A DNA stretch of 64,000 bases from Dudresnaya verticillata (taxonomy: Eukaryota), in NCBI GenBank assembly GCA_977862235.1, contig OZ374560.1, positions 744,001 through 808,000 on the forward strand, in the 5' to 3' direction. Position 1 is the first letter of the stretch, and every line of letters starts with the position of its first letter. The notes under the pieces were generated by a model. The model did no database searches. It saw only the letters and a program-made list of their open reading frames with translations, and had not been told where the DNA came from. The position numbers and the translations under genes were made by a program. Shown here piece after piece: positions 48,665-59,329 of the stretch.

Positions 48665-51556
48665 ATGGAGCCATCTTCAACTTTCGAACCCTGTCCCGGT
48701 CCTGATGTCGTCTTTTCCCTTCGAATCCCTACTGTGAAACACCTTCCGAACTGCCTGCGTGATGATTGGGATACGCTTAATCATCGTCTGTACTCGTCTT
48801 TCTGTCGTGCACGTACTGATAGCGAAAAAGTGGAGCGTCTTGCTCGCATATGTGCGGTTGGAAAACTTGTCCTGCGTCGCAACGGGCGGGGTGAGCCTCG
48901 TGCTCGCAACCGCGCCACCTGCACGCGTCTTCTACGCGAGCGACTGCAGCTCGCCATCCGCGGCAAATGGCTGCAGCTATATGATTCCGCTACCTTCGCG
49001 TTCAAATCGCTACCTTGTTTCTCCTCCCCTTCATCCTTGGGACTCGATTCTACTCGCCGATGTCGTCAACTGATGGCCGGTGGCGCAGTATCTAAGGCCG
49101 CCGCTGCTCTCTGCAGCGGTACAACCCCTGTTCTCCCGATGCCGGCTACCTACCACCATCTCGAGGCTCTCCACCCTCCGCCGCTCAGTCCTGTCCATTC
49201 TGCCACAAACGCATCTCTACCTCCTTCCTATGATTTTACGGAGGCGGATGTTCGGCGCGCCCTCAAGAAGCTACCATTCCACAGCGCTCCGGGTCCTGAT
49301 GGTTTACGCCCTTCCATTCTCCGCCACCTTGCACATGCTCCAGGCGGTTCGGAGCCTGCCCGTTCCTCTCTCACTGCCCTAACGGACTTCGTTAACCTGT
49401 GTGCTCGTGGCGGTCTCCCCCACAAAATGAGCCTTTGGTTCTCCAGTGCGCTGCTTATCGGCCTTCCCAAGGAGCCTGCCCCTAAGCTCCGCCCCATCAC
49501 CATTGGCTGTGTGCTCCGCCGTTTCGTCTGTCGCCTTCTTAACCAACGCGCTTCTCAAGACGCCAGCATCTTAAACTACCTCCGTCCTCACCAGCTTGCT
49601 GTTGGTGTCCCCAACGGCTCTGAGACCTTGGTTCACGCTACCCGCGCGGTGGTGGACAACAAAGCATCTGAAGACTTCGTTCTTTTGCGTATCGATGCAG
49701 CAAATGCCTTCAACACAATCGACCGTGCTCACTTGCTTCGTCAGGTTATTCAGTATGCTCCGCGCCTCGCCAAGTTTGTGCACTATCTTTTCTCCAGCGA
49801 CCCCCTTTTACTGTTCGGGCCCCACACTATCTGGAGTCGCACCGGAACCCAACAAGGGGATCCGCTCAGTATGCTACTCTTTGCCCTTCCCTTTCAACCT
49901 CTCCTTGACCAGATTATTGCTGCCTTCCCCGACCTTCCCTTGGTTGCCAGCTACGCTGATGACCTCAACATTGTTGCTCCACTTTCCGTTGCTTCTGATA
50001 TCCTTTCATTCTTACAAGATCGTGGAGCCCCTATTGGTTTCCGGATACAAATGAGTAAGACTGAGGCGTGGTGGATCCGACCGCTCTCCACACGCCGCTC
50101 GGTTGTCACCGCGCTTCCATGTCGTCTGAACCGTTCTCCATGCATTGATATTCTTGGTTCCCCTGTCGGTACCGGCCACGGGTGCCTCCAGTTTACCCAG
50201 CAGCGCCAAAGCGCTGTGCAGCATATATTTTCTCGTCTCTCCGCACTTGGAGACCCACAGTTGGTGTTTCACCTCCTTCGTTACTGCGCTGGTGCTAGTA
50301 AGCTCGTGTATCTCCTTCGAACAACCCCACCGCAATTTACCCGCGTTGCTGCGTGTCACCACGACAACAACATGCGAGGGGTTTTCGAGGAAACGCATGG
50401 GGCTCTGACCACCAGTGCTTGGGAATTGGCCGGTCTCCCGCTACGCCAAGGTGGTTTGGGTCTCACGCATACTTCATGGTTGTCCGGATATTGCCTTTCT
50501 CAGTTCCGTTCTTGCCTGCGTGCCGACGATCACTGCTCTACTCGGCGTTTCCGGTTTTAGCGCTCGTACTATCCTCTCTGCTCCTTTACGACGCGTATAG
50601 AGCATTTTATTCCTCTCGCCATCTGCCGCACCCTATTCCATGGATTTGCTACTGGCTCGGGGTTTATCCACTGCCTTCCAGCCCACGTACGCTATACAAC
50701 ACGACTTAACCAACCGGCTCATGCTCCATAAGCTCTCGACCCTGACGCCTGCCTCTCACGATGCTGCCGATATCCGCACTCGTCTACGACTTCAATCTAC
50801 TGGTACCTCAAACTCTGCTCGCCCATTCAGCACTATCCCTTTTCACGGGAGTGATCTTCGCGTGGACCCTGAGATCTGGAAGACCATGGTCCGCCTTCGT
50901 CTTGGTCTCCCGTTGTTCAGTGGCGACCTCCCATGTTCTCGCTGCGCAGCTGGCACCCGCTCCTCCATCCCTCTGCTCGACCGCTATGGGCACCATGCCA
51001 CAGTCTGTGGCGCTCGCGAAGGGTCTATCCGTCGCCACAACGGCCTTCGGGACAAACTAGCTGCTCATATTCGTATAGTTGCGCTTCGTCATGGTGTCCA
51101 ACTTCGCCTGGAAGAGCGCTTTGTCGATCCATCTGACCCCACCCGCGACCCTCTTCGCCTGGATATCTACGTGGACGATCGCAGCTTTGCCCCTAAAGCA
51201 CAAGCGTTCGATGTCTCTGTCGTGAGTCCCCATTCATTGCCGGGCAGAACCGGTCGCGTTGCTGGTCAGGCCATCCTTGCCCGCGAGAGAGCGAAACGTA
51301 ACTATTACCGTGCCGTTTGTGATCAATATGACATCGAGCTGCACCCGATGGTCATTGATATATATATGGACGCACCGGTGCTGGCTTCGACATCGGCGCT
51401 CAAGTCTTCGCCAACTTTCTTGCCGAAAAGAAAGGCACTTGCCCGCTTGCTGAGAAGCATGCTCTCTTGAATCGTCTTGTATCCTTTGTTTCGCAGTTTG
51501 TCGCCGTCAGCGTCAATCGTCGCCGCTTGACTCCTGCAGATTTGCCTCCTATGTAG
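48665..51556 (+). pseudogene. ORF2 of the RLE LINE: reverse transcriptase, CCHC-like knuckle and restriction-like endonuclease
   Basis: SAPGPDG, LRPITIG, IDAANAFN, QQGDPLS, YADD, ILGS, GGLGL; CSRC...GHHATVC, RRHN, RLDI...FDVSV, AKRNYY; frameshifts near 50485 and 51365 and a TAG at 50598-50600. Confidence 0.93.
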
Positions 51557-53479
51557 TGCTTATGAGTATCCAGTAGGGATGCTCTAGCTTTATGCTTTCG
51601 TAAAGTGACGTTTACCGCTTCAAGGCTTTTGATGACACGAAATTGATCGAGAACTACCCCTGGGGCTTACAATTTGTAATCCAATAGCCTGCTTCTCACG
51701 TTTTCGGCTGGGCTCTTCTCATACGGCTAAGAGGTTTCTCTTCGGCCTACAGGCTTACCTCCCAGCAATTGCTTAGCTCGGCCGTTCCATCGGAAAGTTT
51801 TTTGGCTGCTTGCTCGACGCAGCAGGCCTGCTCCCTGATCTAGCAGCCGTGCAGGCGCACATATATTACTTCTTCCGTCCATGTCGATTCCGTCGACTGC
51901 ACAGGTCGTTCCTTTGCATTGTTCGATCCGAGTCCATTTCCCCGTATCCTCCCAGTTGGATATGGTAGCCAAGAATGCCGCCATGTATGCTTCCGTGCCT
52001 ACGGTACTCTTCAATTAAACTGAATTGGTAACCCTAATCGGTTACCACAATCCGTTAAGAGCCGGACAACACCAATGCTTCTCGCGCAGTTCTTACGAAG
52101 GCCTGCGCGTAATTCCCAAGTCGGAACTCATCAACCTCTATCAGTTGCGGATCGTGTAGCCCTTGCCATAATAACAGAGCCGGGTTTCGAAGGTATACCT
52201 GCTTTTTTGCATAGCCACATCAACAATAGCCACCCTCCAAGAGACACGTTACAGTACGAATCGTCTCGAAATATGACGCGCCCAACTTCTCTAATCTCAA
52301 ATCGGTTTGATAGATCTTTCACTCCCAGGTCAGGTCCTGCGAGATTACCTCGATACTCTTGTACACATTCCCTTATCCACATTCTAGCCTCAACTTTACG
52401 ACGTCCACATACGCAGTGTCCGGGGATTGCTTGGCTAAGATATCTTGAATTGCTCAAACGATCTAATGCATATGTATTTACATATGTAAATGCCTCCTTA
52501 TCGTATCCCGGCCCAGAAGGTGATTTAAAACCGATCCAGTTATATTCGCAACTTTTGGCCCTGACCAGTGCCGTGCGATCTTCAAGAGTTTCACGCAAAT
52601 GGCGAAGAAATCTAATTGAAAGCGATAGATTGCCCGATGGAATTTATCAACACGACCGAAAGGGTAGAGAACAGAAACGAATTAAAGGAGAAGAAAACCT
52701 CCTGCGGTAATATCAATTTCTGTCTTACAAACAGTCATTGGTATACAAGAAACTCATAATTCTAATTTGTATGCAGCGCAATCACGGTCACTTACCGCAC
52801 AACTGTGTCCTGATCCTTAATGCGCATGTGGCCTTCGATATCAGGATCAAGTCCAATCATGCTTTAGGGTCTTTCTGTGTATCCTGTAATCAAGGCCTGA
52901 TTTCAAAAATCACTCCCACTACCCAAGGTTTAAGTTCTTCAGAACAACCGCAACTCCGTCATATCTCTTGGAGAAAAACTCCTATGAGTCCAGGAAAATG
53001 GTTCTATTTGTTATGTGTTGTTGAGATTAACGCATTATCTCGGCCCCCATCTGTGTCACACATCGTTAGTGACGAGTAACATCTAGTAGAAACAAGGAAC
53101 AGATAGCGCTACTTCTGTCAGTGATTTTGAGAGCTAGGTGTTGATGGGGGAAAACTAGAGCGGAGCCTCTCTATTTTATCTATTTCGAAGTTCTGCTTTG
53201 CGCATTGTAATGTTGAAAAGGAAAGCAAACTCTGCAAGTAACAAACCAAAACACAAGGAGGGAAGCAACATCAAGAAGAATATTGGAAGAGAAGCAAACA
53301 AGTCCATCCCGATTTCAGAACATTGGACCAACCCTCCGCTACGGACAAACAGATTCTACCAACTGAAATGAGTCTGCTCCCTTCGCATGTGAGTTAAACT
53401 AAGAACGTTTCGGTCTCGAACAATAGGCGGGAAGCAAAACCCATCTTTTTTGAATATTTTGTATGATCTGTCTACGGTA

Positions 53480-53537
53480 TTGCCGGGTAGTTTGCCGAGT
53501 CATTTTGCCGGGTCATTTTGCCGGGTCGTTTTGCCGG
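53480..53537. repeat. Five tandem ~13-bp units (TTTTGCCGGGTCA consensus) upstream of the BRK-like gene
   Basis: Read directly; TATTTAA at 53590-53596 follows. Confidence 0.85.
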
Positions 53538-53727
53538 CTACAGTCAGGTCTGTGGGTTCTATGGCCGTTGTCGGGTCTTGAGAGAAAACTATTTAAGCCA
53601 GAGAAGCAGGCGGAACTCAAGACTTTCTCTTCCCACCAAGCCTTCCAAATGCTAAAACACTAAGCCTCTTCTGAAGATCTACACTTCACAAAAGCACTTT
53701 CGTTCAAGTACTGCACCGCATTCAGCA

Positions 53728-54506
53728 ATGGTACAACTCAGCAATGGAAGAGTGTTAAGGGATGAACACTTCGAAGGTGACGGAGAGGAGCGAATTTGTG
53801 TTTGGAATATTCGTGAGGAGCGCAAACTATCTGGATTTGCTGCTCCGAAGAGAAAAAACCTGCGGCGCTACCTTGAAGCCAACGAAGAGTATGTCGTTTC
53901 TAACGGCCAGCGGACACAACTTGTCGAAAGCGCAGCTCGAGGGAGTCTGCAACGAAGGATGACGGCAGATGAGGTTCTGGAAAGCCTTCAGGCGTGGGGG
54001 AAAGAGTTGGTATATGGAATAAATGTTCTGGAAAGAAATCGTCGGGTCGCAATGGGGTGATGAAACGGAACCTTTCGCTTTATCTGTCCCGTAACAGGTC
54101 TAATGCGGTTTATGTGGGCCAGGATCTGTTTCCAGTACAAGGAGACCGTATCACGGGGCCCGAAGCACAAGAGGAGGCGCGAAAGAACAGGCGAGTTGAC
54201 ATGTGGGATTCTGACGTGAGACGCAAGGTCAATGGGAATGCGAGGCCGGCGTGGAAAATTTTGGGACGGTACTTGGAACGCCACCCCACACATGTGGTCT
54301 ACTCTGAGAGGCTGCACGGGTCGCGCATTGTGAATATCAATGGCATATTGGCTGTTGCGAATGAAGTTGCGAATGAAGGAAACGCAAGGAACGTGGTTCG
54401 AGTAGTTCCAATTGTGATCTTAGGCGGTTCTGCAGCACGTGCAAAGCGACTGAACGCGGACAATGTGAGCGTTCGAAGCGACAACAGGTTGAGTCCTCAT
54501 TTTTGA
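53728..54506 (+). CDS. Small protein with three BRK-like domains, split by a 1-nt frameshift at the G-run 53996-54000 (pseudogene or assembly error)
   Basis: Three repeats of R(I/V)x(V/I/M)W...(R/K)KxxG...K/RxLxxYL...VY, resembling the BRK consensus. Confidence 0.75.
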
Positions 54507-55249
54507 AGTCTGTGGGAGAGCGTGGTGAATGACAGCGATGAGGGCTGACGTACAGCCGCGAAGAAGACTGCGGAGGAGTGCGTGTTTAGAGATTTCGAGA
54601 GACTCATCACAACACGCACGCGGAATGTAAAATCAGGAAGAGGGTAACGGCAGATAAGAGGTGAGAAGATGAAGAGTAAATGTAAAACTTAAGGACCTTG
54701 TGTGGAGTGTGGTAGGTTTATCTGAGCAGGCTTTGCTGAAAAGGCACTTAAACACTGTTACGGAGTCAAATTGAGAGGGTCGATCTGTTGCATCAATTCG
54801 TGCCTATTCGGCTTTGCCGAGATTGGAGCAGTTTTGCCAATCGCTGAGTTGGGAAGGGCGCAAGCGATTTGGCGAGCTGACCTGACGTCTTGCACCTCGC
54901 TGCAGGCAACGCTCGGAACGGCCTTTTTCCCTTGCGACGCAACAGCCTCTGGAGAACCGCAACAGCACCCAGCTTACAGTCGCCGCCACGGTCTTACAGC
55001 GCGAAGCCCACCAATGACAAGCGCACAATTCGCGCCGCCCTACCGTCATCCTCTCACCTGGCGCTGCATGCGCGCGGCCCGAGCCGCTGCGGCACTGTAC
55101 CGTAGCAGCCTACCCACCGCCGCGCGCCTGTTCTTCCCCTCGCCGCGAGCCCCCCCCCCCCCGCCGCCACGCCCCCCGCCGCCAACACCCCCCGCCGCCC
55201 CGCCGCCACCACCCCGCCCAAGCCCGCCCCCCCTCCCCGCCGTCGCGCC

Positions 55250-55440
55250 ATGCCACCCGCGTCCGAGCGCTCCTTCTGGGGCCGCGCGCTGCCGCCGGGC
55301 ATCGACCAGGTACGTCGCGCGCATGCGTCCGCCGTCGCGCGCGCCGCGCCGCGCGCCGCGTCGCGCGCCGCCGCCACGCGCGCCCTCGCCCGCGCGCCCG
55401 CGTCCCATCCCGGCCCTGACCACAACCACTGCCGCACCCG

Positions 55441-55478
<38 letters not shown>

Positions 55479-55753
55479 CGCCGCCCTCGCCCGCACGGCA
55501 GAAGACAGCCCTCACCGTCCTCGTCCTGTCCACCATGGTGCCCGGCCTGGGCACCATCGTGGCTGCCTTCCTCGCGCCGCGCTACAACTCCGACACAGTT
55601 CTCATCGGCATCATCCAGATGGTCTCCGTCGTCTTCATCGGCTTCGGCTACTTCTGGGGGATCGCTTGGGCCGTCATGCTCTACCGACAAGCAAAGAACG
55701 GTGCAACCCCCACCGAGGCTGCCCCGCTCGTCGCCGCCGAGCACCAGCCATAG
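55250..55753 (+). CDS. SPEC3/Stum-like small membrane protein, exons 55250-55309 and 55502-55753 (103 aa)
   Basis: VPGLGTIVAAF...IGIIQ...GYFWGIAWAV motif; intron GTACGT...CTGAC...GCAG keeps the frame. Confidence 0.75.
55441..55477. repeat. Poly-C tract (about 37 nt) in the intron
   Basis: Read directly. Confidence 0.9.
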
Positions 55754-57759
55754 CATCCATCACTGACACCGACTACAATTACTATAGTACTAAACTTGCT
55801 TCCGTCCTGCGCGCGCCCCTCCTCGCCCATCCGTCCGCCGCATCCCCGCAACAAACATCCTACAGCCATGCCAGCGCGCCTGCCTACCTGCGCCGGTACG
55901 CCCCCGCTTTTCGACGCCCTGCAATCGCTCTCCACATCGCCCTCACCGCAGCGCCCCCCTGCTCCGAGCGCACGCACCGCCCAGCCCTGTGCCAGTGCCC
56001 GTTCGCCCCACCCCCGCGTGGCCCACACCGCCTACAAAGCGCTGCGTGTGCCCCACGATACACCCCACTACGTACGCGCTATCGTTTTGCCCGGCGCTGC
56101 CTGGCCTGCTGCTGCCTCCTCCTCCTCCGTCCGTCCCCCCGTGCACATCTTCCTCAGGACACCCGCTTCGACATCTGCAGTTGCGGCCGGCGCCGAGCCA
56201 TGGCCCGCTTCGACCCTGCGCCCCCGCCAGCTGCCGCTGTTGTCTCTTTCTCCTCTGCGGGGTGTGTCGAGATTTGGAACATCGGATTTTTTCCCCCGCT
56301 TGTTGCACTGGTGCCTGCGTGTTGGGTTATCGTCAGCGGGAGCCCAGGTGGACAGTGGAGGGTTGCTGGGCTGAATCGTTTGAGAGGTTGCTTTCGGGCA
56401 GGGAATGAGGATGCTTAGCCATGCCGAATTCTTGTGCTATGAAGGACGGTGAGAACAACTCGGCGAAAAGGGTATCGGGTATCTGTTCATGAGCAGCGTG
56501 AGCTTATCGCGGCGCATATCGTATCGTTCAAGAAATGCAACACACTCTCGCGACTCAGTCCGAGCTTCGCACTCCGAAGACGGCGTCGGCGACGATGCTC
56601 TCTCCAAGTCGCTGTAATCTGCCGTGAGCTTGTTCTGTAGATCTACGGTTCCCGCAGTTTGGACAATCACTTCCAGCCACAAACACCAGGAATCTTGAAA
56701 AGTCTGCAAGATGCGAGTCGTTGCCTCGAGCAAAGCCCGAATAGGTATGTTACAATATTTTCAAACTGTGGGCAAGACAATGAGCAACTACTATTCGAAG
56801 AGCTTCTCTGTTACACAAACGATGCAAACAGCTGTTCGCACTTCCCGCACATGGTAGCTTGCTTCATGTATCTGATATGGTTTGGCCGCTTCGAACACAG
56901 TTGCACTATCCTGCTTCACTAAGAAGACATATGACAGATTTCTCCGAGCTAGCATCCTCGAGAGAACGGCCAGTCTATGTTGGCGCAACAAAACCATGAC
57001 AGGAGCCGCCGAGCACTTATGGCCGTCAAAGATCGTGACTACAAGTTGCGGCTTGCACAACAAGCGGGGCGAGAATTACTCTGATATTCATGCAACTGCA
57101 AATGAAGAGAGATCAACGTTACCCAAGACGATGGGTGACTACTTAATCCTGCAAATGAATGCGAAGGATAAACGGATGTATCAAACTGCAACGTGCCATT
57201 TCTCGAGTTCTTGAAACGGACTCGATGGCTTGAAGGTTTGTCCAATGAAGCATCCACAGTATGCTCAAAACGCCCTCTCCGAACTTGCTCTATCATAGAA
57301 CGAAGAGTCGGAGAGTATATCGCAGTGTGATCCGTTGCAACCGATAAAGCAGAGAGAATGGCGTTAAACTTAACGCCCGACTTTATCTGGAAGGTCGAAG
57401 TTATTTGTTACACGTTGCCATTGAGGTGACGGTGGGCGGGTCGGACCCAGGCCAATGATGAAGAACGAGTTTCATTTTCTCATGACACAGATGCCGCCAT
57501 CTTCAGGCTATAAGCAGAAAGTCTTTTGAACTGTTCAGACAAACCTGACAGTTGAGTTCTGTTTCCTACACACAGTTCTTCATCCAAAAAATAAGGGATC
57601 AGAAAGCCCAGACTCCTTGTGCGAACCAGATACTGAAGTACTCAGCTTGAGCAATGAGTTCAAATATTCCCTTCCTTAATAAACACTCAGAGAGCACCAC
57701 TCAATCCAGTTTGTGCTCTAGGACAACCTGCTTTCGCTACGCTGTAATCAAAAATCGCC

Positions 57760-58533
57760 ATGGACCGTCGACGGGATCGCTGCAGGGTCCTCGGACCGCC
57801 TGAAAGGTACGAGAACTTCGAATCAGAGATTAAGGCGTTCAAGGACGGTTGTCGGTCCCTTTCTTTGGCATGTGAGGCGCTCAATTGGGGCGATGAGTGC
57901 TTGGCATATGCATGCCGGAGACTGGTGCAGTTACGAAGAAGTGAGACGGAATATGGCGGAAACAGAGTAGTGTTGCTTCGCCGCCGCAAAACGATAGAAC
58001 GTGGTATTGAAGCCCAGGGGCGGGAGATGGATTGCATGATTCAGGTCCAGACATGGGCGTGTAAGGTGATTGCAGACATTGTTGCAGGCAAAGTTTCTTC
58101 GCAAGTGGACGTGTTCAGTTTCCCGTCCGACGACTTAGGGGATGGTTGGAGCAACTATAGTGGTTTTATGACATTTCAAACGCTGGCCGGTTTTTTAGAT
58201 GTCGAGTCGAAGGCTTTACTACGCTATGGACACACAAGCCATAGAATTCGTTTTGTTTGTGCTCTCAACTGCCTCGTTCAGGAAGCAAAGCTGAATAGTG
58301 CAATTGTCTTGGAACAAGCGCAAGTCCCCAGTAATGAATTTCCAATACAAATCTCAAACAATGTTCTTTGCACTCACTTGAACAGAGAAGCTGAGGTGGC
58401 AACTGACGCCCATGCGGTTGCTACTACATTGATTGATTCTGTTGAAGGAACCTTCCCAAAAGTGTGGGACATGATTTCAAGGACCAAAAATGAGGCCAAT
58501 GAAGCTCTTCGAGGATACAGAGAAGGCCCTTGA
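57760..58533 (+). CDS. Hypothetical protein (257 aa)
   Basis: ATG in GCCATGG context, protein-like composition, TATAAG near 57510; no recognised domain. Confidence 0.5.
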   Translation: MDRRRDRCRVLGPPERYENFESEIKAFKDGCRSLSLACEALNWGDECLAYACRRLVQLRRSETEYGGNRVVLLRRRKTIERGIEAQGREMDCMIQVQTWACKVIADIVAGKVSSQVDVFSFPSDDLGDGWSNYSGFMTFQTLAGFLDVESKALLRYGHTSHRIRFVCALNCLVQEAKLNSAIVLEQAQVPSNEFPIQISNNVLCTHLNREAEVATDAHAVATTLIDSVEGTFPKVWDMISRTKNEANEALRGYREGP

Positions 58534-58927
58534 GTGCTCGCACACTGTTTGTTTGTTAAACCCATCTTTACGAAACCATGTGGTCTATAAGAAACTTTTA
58601 TGGAATCAAAAGCCCAATGGTGGCCTGGAAACCATCGTACGGAAGATATGCCGACCCTATGCGACTATTAAGACTCAAGCTTTGAAAACAAAACTTACGG
58701 GTCTGAATCAATGATTTATTGCCACGAAACATGCAGGGACATTTTATCAACAAAATATCTTCAGGAGTTAGTCTACCGCACATTTTCCATCTACTATTCG
58801 TGTTTTGAATCTGAATTGAAGCTAGACAATGTCGGACAGGAGGGTTAGTAGGCTCCTATCGGTGCTAGAAGTGAAAATGTATATCTATATATGTTCTCTC
58901 AAAAACTTAGGCAATGGAAGATCTTCT

Positions 58928-59329
58928 TCATGAGTCTTGGTTTTCTGTTCTCTTCAACATTAATTTAGTTCCAACCTTTCTTTCAGTATTGCCCTGTTGG
59001 TTTTGCGAGCCCCCTGCTGAATTTGGTTCGGCATTCTTCACTTGAGTAGAATTTCTGTCGCTGTGGGGTGAGCATTTGGGTCCCTTTTTCCTGGGAGCCT
59101 GTATTCTGGAAACATTCGGTGACCTTAGGCTCGGAAAGTTCGCAGAGCTCTCTGAAGATACATATTCAATTGGTGCCGAAGAGCCCAATATATCGAACTG
59201 AGTACTGAGAGATGGTGGTAGCAAATTCTTAATAGCAGGTATAGGAGAGGCGTCCGATGCAAATCTTCTTTTCTTCAGCCGCGGAGGAAACAAAGGTCTA
59301 ATTGTTGGGGAAGGTGTTCTTTCTGTCAT
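58928..59329 (-). CDS. Hypothetical protein (133 aa, low complexity, basic NLS-like patch)
   Basis: AAAATG start with minus-strand TATAAAAG near 59450; no recognised domain. Confidence 0.3.
   Translation of the reverse strand: MTERTPSPTIRPLFPPRLKKRRFASDASPIPAIKNLLPPSLSTQFDILGSSAPIEYVSSESSANFPSLRSPNVSRIQAPRKKGPKCSPHSDRNSTQVKNAEPNSAGGSQNQQGNTERKVGTKLMLKRTENQDS

Larger units (their letters stand above)
33704..51556 (+). mobile_element. RLE-type (CRE-like) non-LTR retrotransposon interrupted by a solo LTR and element D; coding span shown, true ends not defined
   Basis: ORF1 pieces 33704-34739, 36791-36886 and 48586-48665 join in frame; ORF2 has RT, zinc knuckle and restriction-like endonuclease. 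Confidence 0.88.

Noticed and set aside
51727..52710. Overlapping ORFs on both strands after the LINE
   Set aside because: No recognisable domain and the frames do not join; possibly a pseudogene but unsupported
53996..54004. Programmed frameshift in the BRK gene
   Set aside because: TGG GGG AAA does not fit a slippery heptamer in frame; a homopolymer indel is simpler
54771..55766. 331-aa Pro-rich ORF and Gly-rich antisense ORFs
   Set aside because: Products of C-runs; the spliced Stum-like model explains the region
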